The translations under genes were made by a program, and so were the position numbers. Positions 24,201 through 36,200 of a DNA stretch of 64,000 nt are shown piece by piece. Below the pieces are notes generated by a model, which saw only the letters and a program-made list of their open reading frames with translations, was not told the origin of the DNA and ran no database searches. The stretch's first letter is position 1. Each line of letters opens with the position of its first letter. Where the stretch lies: positions 13,005,801 through 13,069,800 of the forward strand of contig OZ037767.1 in the NCBI GenBank assembly GCA_964035545.1, read 5' to 3'. The DNA comes from Bugula neritina. Lineage: Eukaryota; Animalia; Bryozoa.

Positions 24201-27200
24201 TTGTTGTGGTTGTGGGTGTGGTAGTAGTGGTTGGTAGTGTAGTGATGGTGGGTGTTATCGTGGTTGTGGGTGTTGTTGTGGTTGTGGGTGTGGTAGTAGT
24301 TGTGGGTGTTGTCATGAGAGTGGGTGTTGTGGTGGTTGTGGGTGTGGTAGTAGTGGTTGGTGTTGTCGTGGTAGTGGGTGTTGTGGTGGTTGGGGGTGTG
24401 GTAGTAGTGGTGGGTGTTGTAGTGGTCGTGGGTGTTGTAGTAGTGGTTAGTGTAGTAGTGGTGGTTGGTAATGTAGTGGTGGTGGGTGTTGTAGTGGTGG
24501 TTGGTGTTGTAGTAGTGGTTGGTGTTGTAGTCGTGCTGGGTGTTGTCGTGGTTGTGGGTGTTGTTGTCGTTGTAGGTGTGGTAGTAGTTGTGGGTCTTGT
24601 AGTAGTGGTTGGAGTTGTAGTAGTGGTTGGTGTTGTCGTGGTGGTGGGTGTTGTCGTGGTTGTGGGTGTGGTAGTAGTGGTTGGTGTTGTAGTGGTGGTG
24701 GGTGTTGTTGTGGTTGTGGGTGTTGTTGTGAATGTGGGTGTGGTAGTAGTTGTGGGTGTCGTAGTAGTGGTGGGTGTTGTCGTGGTAGTGGGTGTTGTCG
24801 TGGTTGTGGGCGTGGTAGTAGTTGTAGGTGTTGTAGTAGTGGTGGGTGTTGTTGTGGTTGTGGGTGTTGTTGTGGTTGTGGGTGTTGTAGTAGTCGTGGG
24901 TGTTGTAGTAGTGGTTGGTGTTGTAGTGGTGGTTAGTAATGTAGTGGTTGTGGGTGTGGTAGTAGTGGTTGGTGTTGTAGTGGTGGTGGGTGTTGTTGTG
25001 GTTGTGGGCGTGGTAGTAGTTGTAGGTGTTGTAGTAGTGGTGGGTGTTGTTGTGGTTGTGGGTGTTGTTGTGGTTCCGGGTGTTGTAGTAGCCGTGGGTG
25101 TTGTAGTAGTGGTTGGTGTTGTAGTGGTGGTTAGTAATGTAGTGGTTGTGGGTGTGGTAGTAGTGGTTGGTGTTGTAGTAGTGGTTGGTGTTGTTGTGGT
25201 TGTGGGTGTTGTTGTGGTTGTGGGCGTGGTAGTAGTTGTGGGTGTTGTAGTAGTGGTTGGTATTGTCGTGGTAGTGGGTGTTGTCGTGGTTGTGGGCGTG
25301 GTAGTAGTGGTTGGTGTTGTAGTGGTGGTGGGTGTTGTCTTGGTTGTGGGTGTTGTGGTGGTTGGGGTTGTGGTAGTAGTGGTGGGTGTTGTAGTGGTCG
25401 TGGGTGTTGTAGTAGTGGTTAGTGTAGTAGTGGTGGTTGGTAATGTAGTGGTGGTGGGTGTTGTAGTGGTGGTTGGTGTTGTAGTAGTGGTTGGTGTTGT
25501 AGTCGTGCTGGGTGTTGTCGTGGTTGTGGGTGTTGTTGTCGTTGGAGGTGTGGTAGTAGTTGTGGGTCTTGTAGTAGTGGTTGGAGTTGTAGTAGTGGTT
25601 GGTGTTGTCGTGGTGGTGGGTGTTGTCGTGGTTGTGGGTGTGGTAGTAGTGGTTGGTGTTGTAGTGGTGGTGGGTGTTGTTGTGGTTGTGGGTGTTGTTG
25701 TGAATGTGGGTGTGGTAGTAGTTGTGGGTGTCGTAGTAGTGGTGGGTGTTGTCGTGGTAGTGGGTGTTGTCGTGGTTGTGGGCGTGGTAGTAGTTGTAGG
25801 TGTTGTAGTAGTGGTGGGTGTTGTTGTGGTTGTGGGTGTTGTTGTGGTTGTGGGTGTTGTAGTAGTCGTGGGTGTTGTAGTAGTGGTTGGTGTTGTAGTG
25901 GTGGTTAGTAATGTAGTGGTTGTGGGTGTGGTAGTAGTGGTTGGTGTTGTAGTGGTGGTGGGTGTTGTTGTGGTTGTGGGCGTGGTAGTAGTTGTAGGTG
26001 TTGTAGTAGTGGTGGGTGTTGTTGTGGTTGTGGGTGTTGTTGTGGTTCCGGGTGTTGTAGTAGCCGTGGGTGTTGTAGTAGTGGTTGGTGTTGTAGTGGT
26101 GGTTAGTAATGTAGTGGTTGTGGGTGTGGTAGTAGTGGTTGGTGTTGTAGTAGTGGTTGGTGTTGTTGTGGTTGTGGGTGTTGTTGTGGTTGTGGGCGTG
26201 GTAGTAGTTGTGGGTGTTGTAGTAGTGGTTGGTGTTGTCGTGGTAGTGGGTGTTGTCGTGGTTGTGGGCGTGGTAGTAGTGGTTGGTGTTGTAGTGGTGG
26301 TGGGTGTTGTCTTGGTTGTGGGTGTTGTTGTAGTTGTGGGTGTGGTAGTAGTTGTGGGTGTTGTAGTAGTGGTTGGTGTGGTAGTGGTGGTTGGTGTTGT
26401 GGTAGTGGTTGGTGTTGTAGTAGTAGTTGGTGTTGTGGTTGTGGTTGGTGTTGTAGTAGTGGTTGGTGTTGTAGTCGTGCTAGGTGTTGCCGTGGTTGTG
26501 GGTGTTGTTGTGGTTGTAGGTGTGGTAGTAGTTGTGGGTGTTGTAATAGTGCTTGGTGTTGTAGTAGTAGTTGGTGTTATCGTGGTAGTGGGTGTTGTCG
26601 TGGTTGTGGGCGTGGTAGTAGTTGTTGGTGTTGTAGTGGTGGTGGGTGTTGTTGTGGTTGTGGGTGTTGTTGTGATTGTGGGTGTGATAGTAGTTGTGGG
26701 TCTTGTAGTAGTGGTTGGTGTTGTTGTGGTTGTGGGTGTTGTTGTGGTTGTGGGTGTTGTAGTAGTGGTTTGTGTTGTAGTAGTGGTTAGTGTGGTAGTG
26801 GTGGTTGGTGTTGTGGTAATGGTTGGAGTTGTGGTTGTGGTTGGTGTTGTAGTAGTGGTTGGTGTTGTAGTCGTGCTGGGTCTTGTCGTGGTTGTGGGTG
26901 TTGTTGTGGTTGTAGGTGTGGTAGTAGTTGTGGGTGTTGTAGTAGTGGTTGGTGTTGTAGTAGTGGTTGGTGTTGTCGTGGTAGTGGGTGTTGTTGTGGT
27001 TGTGGGTGTGGTAGTAGTGGTTGGTGTTGTAGTGGTGGTGGGTGTTGTAGTAGTGGTTGGTGTTGTAGTCGTGCTGGGTGTTGTCGTGGTTGTGGGTGTT
27101 GTCGTGGTGGTGAGTGTTCTCGTGGTTGTGGGCGTGGTAGTAGTGGTTGGTGTTGTAGTGGTGGTGGGTGTTGTTGTAGTTGTGGGTGTTGTTGTGGTTG

Positions 27201-30200
27201 TGGGTGTGGTAGTAGTTGTGGGTGTCGTAGTAGTGGTTGGTGTGGTAGTAGTTGTCGGTGTTGTAGTAGTGGTTGGTGTTGTCGTGGTAGTGGGTGTTGT
27301 AGTCGTGCTGGGTGTTGTCGTGGTTGTGGGTGTTGTTGTCGTTGTAGGTGTGGTAGTAGTTGTGGGTCTTGTAGTAGTGGTTGGAGTTGTAGTAGTGGTT
27401 GGTGTTGTCGTGGTGGTGGGTGTTGTCGTGGTTGTGGGTGTGGTAGTAGTGGTTGGTGTTGTAGTGGTGGTGGGTGTTGTTGTGGTTGTGGGTGTTGTTG
27501 TGGTTGTGGGTGTGGTAGTAGTTGTGGGTGTCGTAGTAGTGGTGGGTGTTGTCGTGGTAGTGGGTGTTGTCGTGGTTGTGGGCGTGGTAGTAGTTGTAGG
27601 TGTTGTAGTAGTGGTGGGTGTTGTTGTGGTTGTGGGTGTTGTTGTGGTTGTGGGTGTTGTAGTAGTCATGGGTGTTGTAGTAGTGGTTGGTGTTGTAGTG
27701 GTGATTAGTAGTGTAGTGGTTGTGGGTGTGGTAGTAGTGGTTGGTGTTGTAGTGGTGGTGGGTGTTGTTGTGGTTGTGGGTGTTGTTGTGGTTGTGGGTG
27801 TGGTAGTAGTTGTGGGTGTCGTAGTAGTGGTTGGTGTGGTAGTAGTTGTAGGTGTTGCAGTAGTGGTTGGTGTTGTCGTGGTAGTGGGTGTTGTCGTGGT
27901 TGTGGGTGTTGTAGTAGTGGTTGGTGTTGTAGTGGTGGTGGGTGTTGTTGTGGTTGTGGGTGTTGTTGTGGTTGTGGGTGTTGTTGTGGTGGTGGGTGTT
28001 GTAGTAGTGGTTGGTGTTGTAGTGGTGGTTGGTGTTGTAGTAGTGGTTGGTGTTGTCGTGGTAGTGGGTGTTGTTGTGGTTGTGGGTGTGGTAGTAGTGG
28101 TTGGTGTTGTAGTGGTGGTGGGTGTTGTCGTGGTTGTGGGTGTTGTCGTGGTAGTGGGTGTTGTCGTGGTTGTGGGCGTGGTAGTAGTGGTTGGTGTTGT
28201 AGTAGTGGTTGGTGTTGTAGTAGTGGTTGGTGTTGTAGTAGTGGTTGGTGTTGTCGTGGTAGTGGGTGTTGTTGTGGTTGTGGGTGTGGTAGTAGTTGTG
28301 GGTGTTGTAGTGGTGGTGGGTGTTGTTGTGGTTGTGGGTGTTGTTGTGGTTGTGGGTGTGGTAGTAGTTGTGGGTGTCGTAGTAGTGGTTGGTGTTGTAG
28401 TAGTGGTTGGTGTTGTAGTAGTGGTTGGTGTTGTCGTGGTAGTGGGTGTTGTCGTGGTTGTGGGCGTGGTAGTAGTGGTTGGTAGTGTAGTGGTGGTGGG
28501 TGTCGTAGTAGTGGTTGGTGTTGTAGTAGTGGTTGGTGTTGTAGTAGTGGTTGGTGTTGTAGTCGTGCTGGGTGTTGTCGTGGTTGTGGGTGTTGTTGTC
28601 GTTGTAAGTGTGGTAGTAGTTGTGGGTCTTGTAGTAGTGGTTGGAGTTGTAGTAGTGGTTGGTGTTGTCGTGGTGGTGGGTGTTGTCGTGGTTGTGGGTG
28701 TGGTAGTAGTGGTTGGTGTTGTAGTGGTGGTGGGTGTTGTTGTGGTTGTGGGTGTTGTTGTGAATGTGGGTGTGGTAGTAGTTGTGGGTGTCGTAGTAGT
28801 GGTGGGTGTTGTCGTGGTAGTGGGTGTTGTCGTGGTTGTGGGCGTGGTAGTAGTTGTAGGTGTTGTAGTAGTGGTGGGTGTTGTTGTGGTTGTGGGTGTT
28901 GTTGTGGTTGTGGGTGTTGTAGTAGTCGTGGGTGTTGTAGTAGTGGTTGGTGTTGTAGTGGTGGTTAGTAATGTAGTGGTTGTGGGTGTGGTAGTAGTGG
29001 TTGGTGTTGTAGCGGTGGTGGGTGTTGTTGTGGTTGTGGGCGTGGTAGTAGTTGTAGGTGTTGTAGTAGTGGTGGGTGTTGTTGTGGTTGTGGGTGTTGT
29101 TGTGGTTGCGGGTGTTGTAGTAGCCGTGGGTGTTGTAGTAGTGGTTGGTGTTGTAGTGGTGGTTAGTAATGTAGTGGTTGTGGGTGTGGTAGTAGTGGTT
29201 GGTGTTGTAGTAGTGGTTGGTGTTGTCGTGGTTGTGGGTGTTGTTGTGGTTGTGGGCGTGGTAGTAGTTGTGGGTGTTGTAGTAGTGGTTGGTGTTGTCG
29301 TGGTAGTGGGTGTTGTCGTGGTTGTGGGCGTGGTAGTAGTGGTTGGTGTTGTAGTGGTGGTGGGTGTTGTCTTGGTTGTGGGTGTTGTTGTGGTTGTGGG
29401 TGTGGTAGTAGTTGTGGGTGTTGTAGTAGTGGTTGGTGTGGTAGTGGTGGTTGGTGTTGTGGTAGTGGTTGGTGTTGTAGTAGTAGTTGGTGTTGTGGTT
29501 GTGGTTGGTGTTGTAGTAGTGGTTGGTGTTGTAGTCGTGCTAGGTGTTGTCGTGGTTGTGGGTGTTGTTGTGGTTGTAGGTGTGGTAGTAGTTGTGGGTG
29601 TTGTAATAGTGCTTGGTGTTGTAGTAGTGGTTGGTGTTATCGTAGTAGTGGGTGTTGTCGTGGTTGTGGGCGTGGTAGTAGTTGTTGGTGTTGTAGTGGT
29701 GGTGGGTGTTGTTGTGGTTGTGGGTGTTGTTGTGATTGTGGGTGTGATAGTAGTTGTGGGTCTTGTAGTAGTGGTTGGTGTTGTTGTGGTTGTGGGTGTT
29801 GTTGTGGTTGTGGGTGTTGTAGTAGTGGTTGGTGTTGTAGTAGTGGTTAGTGTGGTAGTGGTGGTTGGTGTTGTGGTAGTGGTTGGAGTTGTGGTTGTGG
29901 TTGGTGTTGTAGTAGTGGTTGGTGTTGTAGTCGTGCTGGGTCTTGTCGTGGTTGTGGGTGTTGTTGTGGTTGTAGGTGTGGTAGTAGTTGTGGGTGTTGT
30001 AGTAGTGGTTGGTGTTGTAGTAGTGGTTGGTGTTGTCGTGGTAGTGGGTGTTGTTGTGGTTGTGGGTGTGGTAGTAGTGGTTGGTGTTGTAGTGGTGGTG
30101 GGTGTTGTAGTAGTGGTTGGTGTTGTAGTCGTGCTGGGTGTTGTCGTGGTTGTGGGTGTTGTCGTGGTGGTGGGTGTTCTCGTGGTTGTGGGCGTGGTAG

Positions 30201-33200
30201 TAGTGGTTGTTGTTGTAGTGGTGGAGGGTGTTGTTGTAGTTGTGAGTGTTGTTGTGATTGTGGGTGTGATAGTAGTTGTGGGTCTTGTAGTAGTGGTTGG
30301 TGTTGTTGTGGTTGTGGGTGTTGTTGTGGTTGTGGGTGTTGTAGTAGTGGTTGGTATTGTAGTAGTGGTTAGTGTGGTAGTGGTGGTTGGTGTTGTAGTA
30401 GTGGTTGGAGTTGTGGTTGTGGTTGGTGTTGTAGTAGTGGTTGGTGTTGTAGTCGTGCTGGGTCTTGTCGTGGTTGTGGGTGTTGTTGTGGTTGTAGGTG
30501 TGGTAGTAGTTGTGGGTGTTGTAGTAGTGGTTGGTGTGGTAGTGGTGGTTGGTGTTGTGGTAGTGGTTGGTGTTGTAGTAGTAGTTGGTGTTGTGGTTGT
30601 GGTTGGTGTTGTAGTAGTGGTTGGTGTTGTAGTCGTGCTAGGTGTTGTCGTGGTTGTGGGTGTTGTTGTGGTTGTAGGTGTGGTAGTAGTTGTGGGTGTT
30701 GTAATAGTGCTTGGTGTTGTAGTAGTGGTTGGTGTTATCGTAGTAGTGGGTGTTGTCGTGGTTGTGGGCGTGGTAGTAGTTGTTGGTGTTGTATTGGTGG
30801 TGGGTGTTGTTGTGGTTGTAGGTGTTGTTGTGATTGTGGGTGTGATAGTAGTTGTGGGTCTTGTAGTAGTGGTTGGTGTTGTTGTGGTTGTGGGTGTTGT
30901 TGTGGTTGTGGGTGTTGTAGTAGTGGTTGGTGTTGTAGTAGTGGTTAGTGTGGTAGTGGTGGTTGGTGTTGTGGTAGTGGTTGGAGTTGTGGTTGTGGTT
31001 GGTGTTGTAGTAGTGGTTGGTGTTGTAGTCGTGCTGGGTCTTGTCGTGGTTGTGGGTGTTGTTGTGGTTGTAGGTGTGGTAGTAGTTGTGGGTGTTGTAG
31101 TAGTGGTTGGTGTTGTAGTAGTGGTTGGTGTTGTCGTGGTAGTGGGTGTTGTTGTGGTTGTGGGTGTGGTAGTAGTGGTTGGTGTTGTAGTGGTGGTGGG
31201 TGTTGTAGTAGTGGTTGGTGTTGTAGTCGTGCTGGGTGTTGTCGTGGTTGTGGGTGTTGTCGTGGTGGTGGGTGTTCTCGTGGTTGTGGGCGTGGTAGTA
31301 GTGGTTGGTGTTGTAGTGGTGGTGGGTGTTGTAGTTGTGGGTGTTGTTGTGGTTGTGGGTGTGGTAGTAGTTGTGGGTGTCGTAGTAGTGGTTGGTGTGG
31401 TAGTAGTTGTCGGTGTTGTAGTAGTGGTTGGTGTTGTCGTGGTAGTGGGTGTTGTAGTCGTGCTGGGTGTTGTCGTGGTTGTGGGTGTTGTTGTCGTTGT
31501 AGGTGTGGTAGTAGTTGTGGGTCTTGTAGTAGTGGTTGGAGTTGTAGTAGTGGTTGGTGTTGTCGTGGTGGTGGGTGTTGTCGTGGTTGTGGGTGTGGTA
31601 GTAGTGGTTGGTGTTGTAGTGGTGGTGGGTGTTGTTGTGGTTGTGGGTGTTGTTGTGGTTGTGGGTGTGGTAGTAGTTGTGGGTGTCGTAGTAGTGGTGG
31701 GTGTTGTCGTGGTAGTGGGTGTTGTCGTGGTTGTGGGCGTGGTAGTAGTTGTAGGTGTTGTAGTAGTGGTGGGTGTTGTTGTGGTTGTGGGTGTTGTTGT
31801 GGTTGTGGGTGTTGTAGTAGTCATGGGTGTTGTAGTAGTGGTTGGTGTTGTAGTGGTGGTTAGTAGTGTAGTGGTTGTGGGTGTGGTAGTAGTGGTTGGT
31901 GTTGTAGTGGTGGTGGGTGTTGTTGTGGTTGTGGGTGTTGTTGTGGTTGTGGGTGTGGTAGTAGTTGTGGGTGTCGTAGTAGTGGTTGGTGTGGTAGTAG
32001 TTGTCGGTGTTGCAGTAGTGGTTGGTGTTGTCGTGGTAGTGGGTGTTGTCGTGGTTGTGGGTGTTGTAGTAGTGGTTGGTGTTGTAGTGGTGGTGGGTGT
32101 TGTTGTGGTTGTGGGTGTTGTTGTGGTTGTGGGTGTTGTTGTGGTGGTGGGTGTTGTAGTAGTGGTTGGTGTTGTAGTGGTGGTTGGTGTTGTAGTAGTG
32201 GTTGGTGTTGTCGTGGTAGTGGGTGTTGTTGTGGTTGTGGGTGTGGTAGTAGTGGTTGGTGTTGTAGTGGTGGTGGGTGTTGTCGTGGTTGTGGGTGTTG
32301 TCGTGGTAGTGGGTGTTGTCGTGGTTGTGGGCGTGGTAGTAGTGGTTGGTGTTGTAGTAGTGGTTGGTGTTGTAGTAGTGGTTGGTGTTGTAGTAGTGGT
32401 TGGTGTTGTCGTGGTAGTGGGTGTTGTTGTGGTTGTGGGTGTGGTAGTAGTTGTGGGTGTTGTAGTGGTGGTGGGTGTTGTTGTGGTTGTGGGTGTTGTT
32501 GTGGTTGTGGGTGTGGTAGTAGTTGTGGGTGTCGTAGTAGTGGTTGGTGTTGTAGTAGTGGTTGGTGTTGTAGTAGTGGTTGGTGTTGTCGTGGTAGTGG
32601 GTGTTGTCGTGGTTGTGGGCGTGGTAGTAGTGGTTGGTAGTGTAGTGGTGGTGGGTGTTGTAGTAGTGGTTGGTGTTGTAGTCGTGCTGGGTGTTGTCGT
32701 GGTTGTGGGTGTTGTTGTCGTTGTAAGTGTGGTAGTAGTTGTGGGTCTTGTAGTAGTGGTTGGAGTTGTAGTAGTGGTTGGTGTTGTCGTGGTGGTGGGT
32801 GTTGTCGTGGTTGTGGGTGTGGTAGTAGTGGTTGGTGTTGTAGTGGTGGTGGGTGTTGTTGTGGTTGTGGGTGTTGTTGTGAATGTGGGTGTGGTAGTAG
32901 TTGTGGGTGTCGTAGTAGTGGTGGGTGTTGTCGTGGTAGTGGGTGTTGTCGTGGTTGTGGGCGTGGTAGTAGTTGTAGGTGTTGTAGTAGTGGTGGGTGT
33001 TGTTGTGGTTGTGGGTGTTGTTGTGGTTGTGGGTGTTGTAGTAGTCGTGGGTGTTGTAGTAGTGGTTGGTGTTGTAGTGGTGGTTAGTAATGTAGTGGTT
33101 GTGGGTGTGGTAGTAGTGGTTGGTGTTGTAGCGGTGGTGGGTGTTGTTGTGGTTGTGGGCGTGGTAGTAGTTGTAGGTGTTGTAGTAGTGGTGGGTGTTG

Positions 33201-36200
33201 TTGTGGTTGTGGGTGTTGTTGTGGTTGCGGGTGTTGTAGTAGCCGTGGGTGTTGTAGTAGTGGTTGGTGTTGTAGTGGTGGTTAGTAATGTAGTGGTTGT
33301 GGGTGTGGTAGTAGTGGTTGGTGTTGTAGTAGTGGTTGGTGTTGTCGTGGTTGTGGGTGTTGTTGTGGTTGTGGGCGTGGTAGTAGTTGTGGGTGTTGTA
33401 GTAGTGGTTGGTGTTGTCGTGGTAGTGGGTGTTGTCGTGGTTGTGGGCGTGGTAGTAGTGGTTGGTGTTGTAGTGGTGGTGGGTGTTGTCTTGGTTGTGG
33501 GTGTTGTTGTGGTTGTGGGTGTGGTAGTAGTTGTGGGTGTTGTAGTAGTGGTTGGTGTGGTAGTGGTGGTTGGTGTTGTGGTAGTGGTTGGTGTTGTAGT
33601 AGTAGTTGGTGTTGTGGTTGTGGTTGGTGTTGTAGTAGTGGTTGGTGTTGTAGTCGTGCTAGGTGTTGTCGTGGTTGTGGGTGTTGTTGTGGTTGTAGGT
33701 GTGGTAGTAGTTGTGGGTGTTGTAATAGTGCTTGGTGTTGTAGTAGTGGTTGGTGTTATCGTAGTAGTGGGTGTTGTCGTGGTTGTGGGCGTGGTAGTAG
33801 TTGTTGGTGTTGTAGTGGTGGTGGGTGTTGTTGTGGTTGTGGGTGTGGTGGTAGTTGTGGGTGTTAATGTGGTTGTGGGTGTGGTAGTAGTTGTGGGTGT
33901 TGTGGTGGTTGTGGGTGTTGTAGTAGTGGTTGGTGTTGTAGTGGTGGTTGGTGTTGTAGTAGCGGTTGGTGTTGTCGTGGTAGTGGGTGTTGTCGTGGTT
34001 GTGGGTGTGGTAGTAGTGGTGGGTGTTGTAGTAGTGGTTGGTGTTGTCGTGGTTGTGGGTGTTGTTGTCGTTGTAGGTGTGGTAGTAGTTGTGGGTGTTG
34101 TAATAGTGCTTGGTGTTGTAGTAGTGGTTGGTGTTGTCGTGGTAGTGGGCGTCGTCGTGGTTGTGGGCGTGGTAGTAGTGGTTGGTGTTGTAGTGGTGGT
34201 GGGTGTTGTAGTAGTGGTTGGTGTTGTAGTAGTGGTTGGTGTTGAAGTCGTGCTGGGTGTTGTCGTGGTTGTGGGTGTTGTTGTCGTTGTAGGTGTGGTA
34301 GTAGTTGTGGGTCTTGTGGTAGTGGTTGGAGTTGTAGTAGTGGTTGGTGTTGTCGTGGTAGTGGGTGTTGTTGTGGTTGTGGGTGTGGTAGAAATGGTTA
34401 GTGTCGTAGTGGTGGTGGGTGTTGTTGTGGTTGTGGGTGTTGTTGTGGTTGTGGGCGTGGTAGTAGTTGTGGGTGTTGTAGTAGTGGTTGGTGTTGTCGT
34501 GGTAGTGGGTGTTGTCGTGGTTGTGGGCGTGGTAGTAGTGGTTGTTGTTGTAGTGGTGGTGGGGGTTGTTGTGGTTGTGGGTGTTGTCGTGGTTGTGGGT
34601 GTTGTTGTGGTTGTGAGTGTGGTAGTAGTTGTGGGTGTCGTAGTAGTGGTTGGTGTTGTAGTAGTGGTTGGTGTTGTAGTAGTGGTTGGTGTTGTAGTAG
34701 TGGTTGGTGTTGTAGTCGTGCTGGGTGTTGTGGTGGTTGTGGGTGTTGTTGTCGTTGTGGGTGTTGTTGTGGTTGTGGGTGTTGTAGTAGTGGTTGGTGT
34801 TGTCGTGGTAGTGAGTGTTGTCGTGGTTGTGGGCGTGGTAGTAGTGGTTGGTGTTGTAGTGGTGGTGGGTGTTGTTGTGGTAGTGGGTGTTGTCGTGGTT
34901 GTGGGTGTGGTAGTAGTGGTTGTTGTTGTAGTAGTGGTGGGTGTTGTCGTGGTTGTAGGTGTTGCAGTGGTGGTGGGTGTTGTGGTTGTTGTGGGCGTCG
35001 TAGTCGTGGTAGGTGTTGTAGTAGTGGTTAAAGTCGTAGTAGTCGTGGGTGTTGTCGTGGTTGTGGGTGTGGTAGTAGTGGTGGGTGTTGTAGTAGTCGT
35101 GGGTGTTGTAGTAGTGGTTGGTGTTGTAGTGGTGGTTAGTAATGTAGTGGTGGTGGGTGTTGTAGTAGTGGTTGGTGTTGTAGTGGTGGTTGGTGTTGAG
35201 TTAGTGGTTGGTGTTGTCGTGGTAGTGGGTGTTGTCGTGGTTGTGGGTGTGGTAGTAGTGGTGGGTGTTGTAGTAGTGGTTGGTGTTGTAGTGGTGGTTA
35301 GTAATGTAGTGGTGGTGGGTGTTGTAGTAGTGGTTGGTGTTGTAGTAGTGATTGGTGTTGTAGTGGTGGTTAGTAATGTAGTGGTGGTGGGTGTTGTAGT
35401 AGTGGTTGGTGTTGTAGTAGTGGTTGGTGTTGTCGTGGTTGTGGGTGTTGTCGTGGTAGTGGGTGTTGTCGTGGTTGTGGGCGTGGTAGTAGTGGTTGGT
35501 GTTGTAGTGGGGGTGGGTGTTGTTGTGGTTGTGGGTGTTGTTGTGGTTGTGGGTGTGGTAGTAGTTGTGGGTGTCGTAGAAGTGGTTGGTGTTGTAGTAG
35601 TGGTTGGTGTTGTAGTAGTGGTTGGTGTTGTCGTGGTTGTGGGTGTTGTTGTCGTTGTAGGTGTGGTAGTAGTTGTGGGTGTTGTAATAGTGCTTGGTGT
35701 TGTAGTAGTGGTTGGTGTTGTCGTGGTAGTGGGTGTTGTCGTGGTTGTGGGCGTGGTAGTAGTGGTTGGTGTTGTAGTGGTGGTGGGTGTTGTAGTAGTG
35801 GTTGGTGTTGTAGTAGTGGTTGGTGTTGAAGTCGTGCTGGGTGTTGTCGTGGTTGTGGGTGTTGTTGTCGTTGTAGGTGTGGTAGTAGTTGTGGGTCTTG
35901 TGGTAGTGGTTGGAGTTGTAGTAGTGGTTGGTGTTGTCGTGGTAGTGGGTGTTGTTGTGGTTGTGGGTGTGGTAGAAGTGGTTAGTGTCGTAGTGGTGGT
36001 GGGTGTTGTTGTGGTTGTGGGTGTTGTTGTGGTTGTGGGTGTTGTTGTGGTTGTGGGTGTGGTAGTAGTTGTGGGTGTTCTGGTGGTTGTGGGCGTCATA
36101 GTTGTGGTTGGTGTTGTAGTGGTGGTGGGTGTTGTTGTGGTTGTGGGTGTGGTAGTAGTGGTTGGTGTTGTCGTGGTAGTGGGTGTTGTGGTGGTTGGGG